Shown here: positions 27,901 to 35,769 of the stretch, in pieces | How the letters are laid out: each line of letters opens with the position of its first letter | How positions within the stretch are numbered: the first letter of the stretch is position 1 | IMG/VR virus record: IMGVR_UViG_3300035676_000001 | Reading direction: 5' to 3' (one strand) | Length of the DNA: 64,000 nt | Origin: a virus | Taxonomy: Duplodnaviria; Caudoviricetes | Notes under the pieces: model-generated | The model's database searches: none | What the model was told of the DNA's origin: nothing | Seen by the model: only the letters and a program-made list of their open reading frames with translations | Position numbers and translations under genes: made by a program

Positions 27901-30265
27901 TTCTTTCATCAGCAATTCTATGGACATATGCTAAATCAGTGGAAGTTCCAAATGTAGCAGTACCACCAGAAGCAAAGGCACTATAAATTGCGTTATTTGC
28001 ATTCGTATGAATAAACCAGCTTGAGTTAACTGGGTCATACTGAACTGGAGAACCAATATCTCCAGACTCCTTATCGGAAACTCTACTTAGAATGTGAAGA
28101 TTGGTTCCACCATATACCGTAACAGTATCTCCAAGAACTGCGTTTGTATATGAGGTTGCAAGTTTAATTTCTGTAGAACTAGTTCTAACTGCATAATAAA
28201 CTTTATGGTCTTCGATATTTTCTGGAAGGTCTCCATCATCACTCAAGATGATAACCTTTTCACCTGTTTGAAGATTATGAGCTCCAAGTGTAAATGTACT
28301 TGAAGAAACAGAAGAAACATCATAACTCTTTACAGCACTTGCAGAACCAAGTGCAGTTGTAATCCCACTCGTGGCGATTACATTATCACACATATAAATG
28401 TTGGCGGAATATGTGGTTCCCGACCCAACAACATATAATTTATCTCCTTGTCTTGCTCCGATACGATAACCTTGTGTCTGAGAAGATGGTGCGTTATCGG
28501 AAGCAGTAAATCCAAAAAGATAAAGATGACTTGAAATACCAACCTGAGTTGTTAATCCAACATTCAGAGCCAACCATTCGATTGTATCTTCCTCAAGCAT
28601 ATCAATTGCTCTTGGAGGAATGATAGATGTGATAAACGCATTATTATCTTTATCAAATGCTTCTCTCTTAAACCCAGAAGAGTTCAGTGAGATTTGACCA
28701 AAGTTTGAGTTGGAGTTAGTAATGGAAGCATCACCACCAGACTCTGCATCAAAGTGTTTAGTAAATCCAATCGCAAAGACAGAAACGATTTGAATAAAAG
28801 CATCATTGGAAATCTTAATATGACTTGTTTCCCATCCTTGACGATAAACTGCATCAGGGTCTAAATGATAAACCTGAGCAGAATCAGTTTGTGATGCTCC
28901 TTCTGGTAGAGAAGATCCATAAACAGGAGATACACTTACTGACTGATAAGTTCTCGATGACTTATTATACTTTGCAAAGGCACGATCGTCTTTCTGAAGA
29001 GATACCGCAGTAAATTGAGCAACAACGGTACTTTTGAAACCAGATGCCTTATTACCATCAGCGTGAAGACCATTCATACCCCATACTGAACGCATAGAGA
29101 TATTAAAGATGTATGGGGAAGCACCAGAAACAGTATCAGTTTCAATTGTTACTGTTGCCGATGAAGCACTTGGGCTTGGATTGATTGTAGGATAAGAAGC
29201 AAGTCCAGGTAAAAGATAAGTAAATTGAGTATCACTCAGAACATTCTGAACTTTTGTTGAAATATTATATGGAGAAACTACACCAGAACCAGATACACCT
29301 CTAACCTTGATTGGTGTTCCTGAATTTAGACCGTGTGCTTCAGATGTCGTAACAGTAACAATTGAACTTGCAACAGACCCATTACCAGATATGATTGATG
29401 AAACGGTGATAGGATCGGCAGCAAAGGCTCCAACAATTTCCCATTCTGGGCGTTGCTTCGCAAATCCATTAGAATTTGCTGGGAACTTCTGGTCAATATC
29501 ACGAATAGCATTATAAGCATTTGAGACCTTGCTATAATACATATCAAGGTCAGTGATACCATAAGAACCAACCTTATTGACTCCATCACAGAACTCAAAG
29601 CAAGTGAGTTTGTGGTGAGAGAATGTAGGAGTTGATTGATAGGTTGCTCCGAAGTTATTTGGATTTGTATAGACTAATCCAGTCTCATCGCCATCGAATA
29701 AGGAGAACTGCCAGAAATAGCAAGCACCAGTAATTCTAAAGATTGCTGCCTTATCTACATCAGGGTCAGTTGGATTTGGAACATACTTTGGTCTTAGCTT
29801 GGTCTTTCTTAAGTCAAGACCAACAATTGAAGTTCCTCTTGGAACTACAACACCACCATAATAACTGTTAAACTTATAGAGAATATTGTCTTCTTGTGTT
29901 AAATCAAAGTTGGATTCTAATCCAAGAGAAAGAACGGAAGATGCTAAAACTCCAGTTCCACCTGCTCTTGAAACGGCATAAGCAGCGCCACCATTATCAT
30001 AAATCGCATATCCAGGTCTGTTATCAATAAGATGCTCACCAGGGAAGAGAAGAATAGTAGTCTTCTCTACCAAATCATTATTATTTCCTTTCAAATAAGA
30101 AAATCTTGCTGCCTCTAGCAGTGCTCTCTGAATCGTTTTGAAAGGTTGAGCAAGAGAGTTACCTTGATTCGAAATTGAATCTGTAGAATCAAGGTCATTT
30201 GGATTTACATAAAGAATACGACCTTCAGTATTCTTAATAAAATTATCTAACTTATTAAGAGGCAT
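24962..30265 (-). CDS. Large virion structural/fibre protein with C-terminal peptidase S74 intramolecular chaperone
   Basis: 1767 aa; ends SDQRLKDNI...GVIAQEV...VDYHKIVPLLVEAIKEL. Confidence 0.85.
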   Translation of the reverse strand: MPLNKLDNFIKNTEGRILYVNPNDLDSTDSISNQGNSLAQPFKTIQRALLEAARFSYLKGNNNDLVEKTTILLFPGEHLIDNRPGYAIYDNGGAAYAVSRAGGTGVLASSVLSLGLESNFDLTQEDNILYKFNSYYGGVVVPRGTSIVGLDLRKTKLRPKYVPNPTDPDVDKAAIFRITGACYFWQFSLFDGDETGLVYTNPNNFGATYQSTPTFSHHKLTCFEFCDGVNKVGSYGITDLDMYYSKVSNAYNAIRDIDQKFPANSNGFAKQRPEWEIVGAFAADPITVSSIISGNGSVASSIVTVTTSEAHGLNSGTPIKVRGVSGSGVVSPYNISTKVQNVLSDTQFTYLLPGLASYPTINPSPSASSATVTIETDTVSGASPYIFNISMRSVWGMNGLHADGNKASGFKSTVVAQFTAVSLQKDDRAFAKYNKSSRTYQSVSVSPVYGSSLPEGASQTDSAQVYHLDPDAVYRQGWETSHIKISNDAFIQIVSVFAIGFTKHFDAESGGDASITNSNSNFGQISLNSSGFKREAFDKDNNAFITSIIPPRAIDMLEEDTIEWLALNVGLTTQVGISSHLYLFGFTASDNAPSSQTQGYRIGARQGDKLYVVGSGTTYSANIYMCDNVIATSGITTALGSASAVKSYDVSSVSSSTFTLGAHNLQTGEKVIILSDDGDLPENIEDHKVYYAVRTSSTEIKLATSYTNAVLGDTVTVYGGTNLHILSRVSDKESGDIGSPVQYDPVNSSWFIHTNANNAIYSAFASGGTATFGTSTDLAYVHRIADERSLDEKLYKLRVVIPKELSNAKDPENGFVIQTSSSTGARNDADFTRTSIASTDYGYNKNPRFISTCSVSSNRVTAVAELPHNLQTGDIVIIRNVTSSDNTTGEDNLGYNGRFTVAVTDDVTFNYSTTDTFGIAHTPGTFTNNVNVRDTNLPRFERNDLQGNFYVYRNEVISPYIYNTQDGIYHLYVLDASNAMTAEFTNLKFSQSPVDLYPQLDRDNAEANPPAAKTFAKRAPIGDVTTNDLKKSITREASDLMLKEVGIGLTISSVSSSTSSATITFGRNHGLAGIATYNALTGGSGHTNGTFYNVKLYNEAGLSNWDGATAKVVVSGGAVVGVDIQAGGSGYTNGETLYFDTAKIGGTANAYVTVATAGISTNIGDVVQFTGAGTTADGYYRITSVSAKNQIAIAKTAGDPTILSSQYAFVIGPSSRITGTTYSSATGITTFTTSSSHGLVAGNKFRVINSSNNNLGDFLVLEKTHVTQFTAVTNQSISATNGYILKHGLSSNDAVSDAGGESIATRTVPFYDNDTFTLTSAITSGTSISVSGASAIANRLTLGSYIQIDNEIMRVTSSGNAASATVIRGALGTRQENHDANSLIRKINPIAIEFHRPSILRASGHTFEYLGYGPGNYSTGLPQVQVKTLSEREDFLAQSQERSCGVVVYTAMNSNGDVFNGNTKTTASSGEVVSYDIPTPTVTGQDPSKLSAVFDEVTVKERLLVEGGASGQVLSQFDGPVNFNADLRIKAQSTFSNSVRLTQGTQSTSTTTGDLIVAGGVGIGKNLNVGGTLGVAGATTLSSTLGVSGNTTVGGTLGVTGNTTLTGILTINGGSGGTALRLNSGGDIVLYNAANTGSASLFCDTSGELRTNDNAYIGGALNVVGDITAFYTSDQRLKDNIVAIEDPLAKVLSISGNTYTWNEKSGKEGNDVGVIAQEVLEVLPEAVTTRDNGYLAVDYHKIVPLLVEAIKELSAKVENLEQKLTDK

Positions 30266-30300
30266 CGGATTATTACAGCCAAAATATTTCTATCTTCTAT

Positions 30301-30606
30301 TTAGCTGGTCAAATCTTCCTCATTAAACTCATAATATTCATCTTGAGGCATATCTTCTGGGTTCTCTAAATCTACCATAAACAAACAAGGATGTGCCTCT
30401 TCATCTATCAGATAGAAAGAGTTTTTATACAAATCCTCAGGTTCATAAGTTCTGAACTGGTCCGCAATTCTCATAAACTGAGGGTCAGTATAGCATTCTG
30501 ACGGGAGTTCATCAAAGGTAAATGCAATTTCATTAATCAAATACATTTTCACAATCATACTACCTTTGTTATACCAGCAGTATGCATGTGTAATTTTATA
30601 AGACAT
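30301..30606 (-). CDS. Conserved cyanophage hypothetical protein
   Basis: Likely start MSYKITHAYCWY. Confidence 0.7.
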   Translation of the reverse strand: MSYKITHAYCWYNKGSMIVKMYLINEIAFTFDELPSECYTDPQFMRIADQFRTYEPEDLYKNSFYLIDEEAHPCLFMVDLENPEDMPQDEYYEFNEEDLTS

Positions 30607-30638
30607 TGGGTTTTCCCATATCTTATATTTATTTTTTA

Positions 30639-30711
30639 TAGCGGTGGTGGGATTCGAACCCACCCTTGAACGATTTTAAGTCGTTTGCCTCTTCCGCTGG
30701 GCTACACCGCC
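30639..30711 (-). tRNA. trnL: tRNA-Leu(TAA)
   Basis: GGCGGTG acceptor, AACGA-CTTAAAA-TCGTT anticodon arm, GTGGG-TTCGAAT-CCCAC T-arm; 5-nt variable loop. Confidence 0.9.
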
Positions 30712-30725
30712 AAGTGTATGAGACC

Positions 30726-30754
30726 ATTATAACTCATAGAGTTGTAGTGGTCAA
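30726..30754 (-). promoter_or_regulatory. sigma70 promoter directly upstream of tRNA-Leu
   Basis: TTGACC-17-TATAAT. Confidence 0.75.
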
Positions 30755-30755
30755 G

Positions 30756-30828
30756 TGCCCGTTGTCGGTTACGATCCGACCTTCTATCTGTTATGAGCAG
30801 ATCGCCTTCACCAGAGGGCCAAACGGGC
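30756..30828 (-). tRNA. tRNA with CAT anticodon (Met or Ile2), atypical T-loop
   Basis: GCCCGTT/AACGGGC acceptor, ATCTG-CTCATAA-CAGAT, GTCGG-ATCGTAA-CCGAC. Confidence 0.85.
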
Positions 30829-30982
30829 AAGTGGGAGAGATCCATACAATAGAACAGAAGGTCACCGATAAGTCATAGGTCTGTTCCGCACCGACTCATG
30901 GCTGGGGTTTTTCACTCTCCCTTTTTCAAGTAGGTTTACTGTTGCTTACCCTCTAAAACCCACTACAAAATGGGTAAGCAGA
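30829..30982 (-). ncRNA. Structured RNA between tRNAs (manA-motif candidate)
   Basis: Stems TGCTTACCC/GGGTAAGCA, GGGAGAG/CTCTCCC, CCAT/ATGG, GGAACAGA/TCTGTTCT; family assignment from memory only. Confidence 0.6.
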
Positions 30983-31054
30983 TAGGAACACTGGGAGTTG
31001 AACCCAGACTAACCCGTTATAAGCAGGCCGCTCTAACCATTAAGCTATGCTCCC
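30983..31054 (-). tRNA. trnI: tRNA-Ile(TAT)
   Basis: GGGAGCA acceptor, GCCTG-CTTATAA-CGGGT, CTGGG-TTCAACT-CCCAG. Confidence 0.9.
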
Positions 31055-31061
31055 CTACGGT

Positions 31062-31235
31062 TTATGATGCTTCGTTATTACACTCGGTGTGTATTCGAAC
31101 AAAGTCATCATCCGCAGGTATCATAACTGCTGCTCTACCATTCTCATCAATTATACCTAAGTGCTCTCCGTTTTCTACTCTCTCAATCAGTTCATCGAAC
31201 CGTTCTTGAAATTCTTCCACAGTGAAAACTTCCAT
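31062..31235 (-). CDS. 57-aa Phd/YefM-antitoxin-like protein
   Basis: Manual translation MEVFTVEEFQERFDELIERVENGEHLGIIDENGRAAVMIP. Confidence 0.6.
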   Translation of the reverse strand: MEVFTVEEFQERFDELIERVENGEHLGIIDENGRAAVMIPADDDFVRIHTECNNEAS

Positions 31236-31247
31236 TTTGGTTAATAT

Positions 31248-31457
31248 TTAGATGTATTCTTGACCTTTGATAGCGAGGTCAGCATACTCAATCTGCTCAG
31301 GGTCAAGTTGAGCAGTCACGACTTCCAGGACATTCATAAACTCTTGAACAGTCTCACACTCTACCAGGCGCTCACTGCCTTGGTCACTGAGAAGAAGAAA
31401 ACTGCGGGTGCAAACATCAATCACAATGCCTTGGACGGTCTCTTGTGCGGTGCTCAT
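31248..31457 (-). CDS. Conserved cyanophage hypothetical protein
   Basis: ORF track; promoter 31484-31512 upstream. Confidence 0.7.
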   Translation of the reverse strand: MSTAQETVQGIVIDVCTRSFLLLSDQGSERLVECETVQEFMNVLEVVTAQLDPEQIEYADLAIKGQEYI

Positions 31458-31483
31458 TTGATGGTTCCGTTGATTACCTCCAT

Positions 31484-31512
31484 ATTATAGGGCAGATGGG
31501 GGCGGGTGTCAA
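31484..31512 (-). promoter_or_regulatory. Consensus sigma70 promoter
   Basis: TTGACA-17-TATAAT. Confidence 0.85.
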
Positions 31513-31527
31513 GGGGTTAGGACTAAT

Positions 31528-31535
31528 TATAAATA
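31528..31535 (+). promoter_or_regulatory. T4-type late promoter
   Basis: TATAAATA 22 bp upstream of ATG 31558. Confidence 0.75.
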
Positions 31536-31557
31536 TCAAGAATCAATTGTAAGATAT

Positions 31558-31875
31558 ATGAGCAATACTTTTACTTGGTCCATAACAAATTTGATGAGAG
31601 AACTTAGTGATGGATATGTTTACAATGCGTCATATACTTTAACTTGTAGTGATGTTGATAGTGATAATATTGAACGAGAATTTGTCTATGCTGGAAGTGT
31701 AGATTTTTCTAGACCAGAAACATTAATTGCTTATGAAAATTTAACAGAAGAACTTATAGTTAACTGGATTGAATTAGAACTTGGTGATGAACTTGATACT
31801 ATCAAAACAAATTTAAGACAAAACCTAGATGAAGTTATAAACCCAACCAAAGCATCAGGACTTCCTTGGTCTTAA
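31558..31875 (+). CDS. Small fibre-associated protein
   Basis: MSNTFTWSITNL...YENLTEELIVNWI...GLPW; similar to 59829-60185. Confidence 0.75.
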   Translation: MSNTFTWSITNLMRELSDGYVYNASYTLTCSDVDSDNIEREFVYAGSVDFSRPETLIAYENLTEELIVNWIELELGDELDTIKTNLRQNLDEVINPTKASGLPWS

Positions 31876-32687
31876 AAACCATATGATGCTTTTGTACTGT
31901 TAAAAATGCTAGTAACTTCACTATTACTAAGTTTACGGTTATAGAACCAACATTCACCTAAATTTCCTTTAAAACCACGAGCAGTATTTTCTGGGTCGCC
32001 GCCGTAAAATTGAGCACTGTTGCTGGCAACAGTTTGACTAGTATGCGTAAATGTTCTAGTATTTGTACTGATTGTACTACTAGTAGCTCTATAAAAAATT
32101 ACTTCAGTAGCATCAAGTGTTAAACCTACCATATACCAAACATTTGTAGTCAAACTAAGTCCTGTATCATATCCGTATGTATTTGATGCATTATTATTCC
32201 AGAAATATCCAATCCTACCAGTTGAATTCTGAAATTCTAGTCCAAATTGTGTGCCACTACCGTATCTAGTATCAAAACCACCTTGAATGGAACTACTGTC
32301 AGTTTGTCTGCACCAGAAAATAATTGAAGCTGCAGAATATGTTCCCACAGTTCTATTAGTAACTTGCCAGTGGTTATTATTAGAAGTAGTAAAGTATGAG
32401 GGTATTCCACTTGTATAAGTAGGACTACCAACTTTACTCATATAATTATTGGTTCCATCTGCAGTATAAGAGTCATCCCAGGTAGAACCACCAGAATAAC
32501 TAGAAGGTTTCCAATTAGCAATCAACCCACTAATACCTTTCCCATAAAAATCAGCAAAACTAATCTGTCCATTGGAGGGAACTCCATTATCTACTCCATA
32601 ATATTCATCAATTCCTATAGGGTTTGAACCGCCAAATTCGGTTTGAATATCTAAGAGACTAATTGCCCCAGAAGATGGTAAAACCAT
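31872..32687 (-). CDS. Concanavalin A/LamG-like receptor-binding protein
   Basis: N-terminal LPSSGAISLLDIQTEFGG; WYMVGLT...YNRKLSNSEV. Confidence 0.75.
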   Translation of the reverse strand: MVLPSSGAISLLDIQTEFGGSNPIGIDEYYGVDNGVPSNGQISFADFYGKGISGLIANWKPSSYSGGSTWDDSYTADGTNNYMSKVGSPTYTSGIPSYFTTSNNNHWQVTNRTVGTYSAASIIFWCRQTDSSSIQGGFDTRYGSGTQFGLEFQNSTGRIGYFWNNNASNTYGYDTGLSLTTNVWYMVGLTLDATEVIFYRATSSTISTNTRTFTHTSQTVASNSAQFYGGDPENTARGFKGNLGECWFYNRKLSNSEVTSIFNSTKASYGF

Positions 32688-33250
32688 TACCTATTCTCCA
32701 AGTTTTCTATTCTCTTTTGTAGTTTTTCGATAATTTGTTGCTGTTCTTTAATTCCTTCAATTAAAAGTGGAACTAATTTATCATACTGAACTGTTTTATA
32801 ATTTTTCCCACTAATAGAATATTCATTTCCATTTTCATCTTGTCCAATATCAAAAGGAGCAGCAACAACAATTTGTGGAAGAACTGCTTCTACTTCTTGT
32901 GCTATTACACCGACTTGTTCTTTCTTATCATAATAACCATAACCCTCAGCAAGTTTATTACTGTTGAAAGTAACTCCATTTAATGATAAAATTTTTGATA
33001 ATGCACTTGGAATGGGTTTAATATTCTCTTTAAGTCTTCTATCAGAATAGTATGCGGTAATATTATTTGTTGCACGAATTTCTCCAGCAGTTCCCGATGC
33101 TGCGGTTCCTACTCCAAAAGAATTTACTTGATAACTACTTCCAGTAACTAGTGCCGAAGCGGTTCCAGTAAGAGTACCTTCGATAGTATTAAAAAAAGTT
33201 GCTTTTTTATTGAAATAAGACTCATTACCAAATACTGTAATATCAGACAT
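32687..33250 (-). CDS. Short protein with peptidase S74 chaperone domain
   Basis: AYYSDRRLKENI...GVIAQEV...VQYDKLVPLLIEGIKE. Confidence 0.85.
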   Translation of the reverse strand: MSDITVFGNESYFNKKATFFNTIEGTLTGTASALVTGSSYQVNSFGVGTAASGTAGEIRATNNITAYYSDRRLKENIKPIPSALSKILSLNGVTFNSNKLAEGYGYYDKKEQVGVIAQEVEAVLPQIVVAAPFDIGQDENGNEYSISGKNYKTVQYDKLVPLLIEGIKEQQQIIEKLQKRIENLENR

Positions 33251-33251
33251 C

Positions 33252-33824
33252 TTACAATACCGCGTCTATGACTGTACCGACTAATCCACCAAAGAGACCT
33301 TTAATTACATCAGCACCAACATAACTATCAGAAAATACTTTAGTAGTAAAATCTTCACCTAAAGCCTGAATTAAAGTTCCAGTAGATCCTTTTACATCTA
33401 CCTTATTTCCTTGTATTAAAGTTCTACCAGATCCACTTTTTAATGTAATATTTCTTCCTGCCTTCAGCATAATATCTTCATCTGCTGAAAGTATAATGTT
33501 TGCTGCCTTAATACGAACCGTGCCGTGAGTTGAAACTACATCAACATTTCCACTCAAACCAGCGATTACAATATCTTCATTCTTTCCATCACTCTTATAT
33601 CCAGATATAATTTCAACACTATAATCATTCTTGATCGATAAACGACCAGAGTTACTTAATGAAATAGATGATTGAGTATCTTGTGTAGCGGCATATATCT
33701 TATAAACATCTGTTCCACTTGCACCCATTGCTGGATTAGAAGTATCAATCCTAAACTGAGGATTGAAACTCATCAATTGTCTTGCGTAAATATTTTGATC
33801 TGGTCTTTCTGCTACTGTGGGCAT
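33252..33824 (-). CDS. Baseplate spike-associated (gp5 C-terminal-like) protein
   Basis: Position after gp5; beta-strand repeats. Confidence 0.55.
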   Translation of the reverse strand: MPTVAERPDQNIYARQLMSFNPQFRIDTSNPAMGASGTDVYKIYAATQDTQSSISLSNSGRLSIKNDYSVEIISGYKSDGKNEDIVIAGLSGNVDVVSTHGTVRIKAANIILSADEDIMLKAGRNITLKSGSGRTLIQGNKVDVKGSTGTLIQALGEDFTTKVFSDSYVGADVIKGLFGGLVGTVIDAVL

Positions 33825-33825
33825 C

Positions 33826-35769
33826 TTATGTTACACAATCTACGACTTTTTGAATTTCGCCCGTGAAGTTTGGATCTGAAAGTATTGGACGAAGAACTGC
33901 TCCACCACCAGTTTGAGATTTAACCGTAAGAACAGGTAGAGATTGAACTACATTATTTAGAGGTTCTACTTGATAGATAGCCCCATTAACAATTTGTGTT
34001 TTATATTCGTTTCCACGATTATCAACAACAATATCTCCATCTTCATATCCAGAACCAGGTTGCTCAATAATCACTTCAGATACTGAGTATTCTGTTATGT
34101 CTGATGGAGTATAATTCTCACCTTCAGATACAATATAAATTGATGTTACTTGACCCATATCATTAATTAGTGCTCTTGCTGTAGCACCATATCCCTGACC
34201 AGCATCATCTACAATTTCTACAAATGGTGGGTAAGTATAACCAGATCCACCATCCGTAACCTGAACTCCAATCACACTTGCTCTTACTGTTCCGTTTGAA
34301 TCTTGTGTATATGAACCAAAGATAGGGATACCAGTTGCCCCAGTTCCAGAACTTCCGCCACCAAAGATATTGACTACTGCAACACTTGCATTTTCAATAG
34401 CACCAGTGAAGCATTCTGCAATATCATTTAGATTTTGACCAACATTCTTGAGATTAATTGCTTCCATAATATTCTGATAATTTTCGGAAGCAACAAATGC
34501 TTCTCCAGCACCAACCACCCACTCTTTCGCCATTCCCTGTAATCCACCTTTAGCTTGATTACAATCAAATGCAATACCACTTGATTGGAGAATTTCGGAA
34601 GCAGTTCTCAAAGCATTTCCAACACTAAAATCTGAGAAGAATTGTAGGAGTTTTTCTAATCCACCAAGAACTGTAGATAATCCTCCTTCAATTGTATCAA
34701 TAATCGTATTAACTAGAGTCCCTATAAACTGGTCTGCGGCACAACTTACAAATCTCTCAACATTTTCTACAACAGAGTAAAGTAAATCAGAAACAATATC
34801 TTTTAAATTATCGACAACAGTACCTGCAACACAGGAAATAGAATCTTCTAAAAGTTTAACAGGACCGACCATTGATTCTTGTGCAAGTTTACCCCATTCG
34901 TGAGCTATAGGGTAACTTCCAGTTGCTGCAAGAGTTTGTGCAAATACTAATTTATAAAGCAAATCCAATCCTTTTTTTAAAAGACCTACCAATCCAGGAA
35001 ATTCTTCGTTACCATTAATTAAAAAATTAAATGACTGACCAACAAAATCATTCGCATATCTAGCAATGGTATCAGCAGCCTTTCTAATTTCTTGACTTAC
35101 CTTTGATAGGTAGTTTTGTGAGTCTTTTAAGAAAGTCCTTATTTTCTTCAATAAATTTTTAACTTCATTTTTGATTCCCAGAATCGCATCATTTTCGGGA
35201 CTTGCTAGAGTTACTCGTTCACCGTTTGCCTGACTATCTGCTGGATTTTCTGGGTCTTTTAATTTTGCAAGTTCTGGAGGAAGATTTGGTGGAGTTTCTG
35301 CAGAGTTTTTTGTTTGCTCACTATTCTCACTTGATTTTATTGTTGCTGGTTGTTTTGGAATATAATCAGTGTTTCCAGTAAAAGGAACAAATGGATTACT
35401 ATAAGGTAATTTTGAAACTTCTGATGTTCTACCAAATGCACCCATAATTACGGGAATTTGAGCATTATCACCATCAAGGAAAAATCCAAAAACTACATCA
35501 GATGGTTGTAATTGAACTCCAGTAGAGCAATTTGCTGCTCCAGTGCCTGCAGTTGTTGGTAATAAAACTTGTGCCCAAGGTAAATCTTCATTGGAAAGAT
35601 CTGCAACATTATAAGGATGATATCCAATGATTCTTACCTTGTATCTGTATGACCAACCACCACCTTCTGCTTGAGACTTCCAAGCATCAATAGGAGCAAT
35701 CTGCCCAATCCACCAACGGAAACCATCTCTTCCTAAAAAGTTACTTTTGAGTAATGACTCGTCAATCAT
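33826..35769 (-). CDS. gp5: Baseplate hub/spike protein gp5-like
   Basis: GRDGFRWWIGQI, RYKVRIIGYH, DLPWAQV, VFGFFLDGDNAQIPVIMG. Confidence 0.85.
   Translation of the reverse strand: MIDESLLKSNFLGRDGFRWWIGQIAPIDAWKSQAEGGGWSYRYKVRIIGYHPYNVADLSNEDLPWAQVLLPTTAGTGAANCSTGVQLQPSDVVFGFFLDGDNAQIPVIMGAFGRTSEVSKLPYSNPFVPFTGNTDYIPKQPATIKSSENSEQTKNSAETPPNLPPELAKLKDPENPADSQANGERVTLASPENDAILGIKNEVKNLLKKIRTFLKDSQNYLSKVSQEIRKAADTIARYANDFVGQSFNFLINGNEEFPGLVGLLKKGLDLLYKLVFAQTLAATGSYPIAHEWGKLAQESMVGPVKLLEDSISCVAGTVVDNLKDIVSDLLYSVVENVERFVSCAADQFIGTLVNTIIDTIEGGLSTVLGGLEKLLQFFSDFSVGNALRTASEILQSSGIAFDCNQAKGGLQGMAKEWVVGAGEAFVASENYQNIMEAINLKNVGQNLNDIAECFTGAIENASVAVVNIFGGGSSGTGATGIPIFGSYTQDSNGTVRASVIGVQVTDGGSGYTYPPFVEIVDDAGQGYGATARALINDMGQVTSIYIVSEGENYTPSDITEYSVSEVIIEQPGSGYEDGDIVVDNRGNEYKTQIVNGAIYQVEPLNNVVQSLPVLTVKSQTGGGAVLRPILSDPNFTGEIQKVVDCVT

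Noticed and set aside
30666-31209. Plus-strand ORFs over the tRNA cluster
   Set aside because: They overlap clear tRNA cloverleaves on the opposite strand
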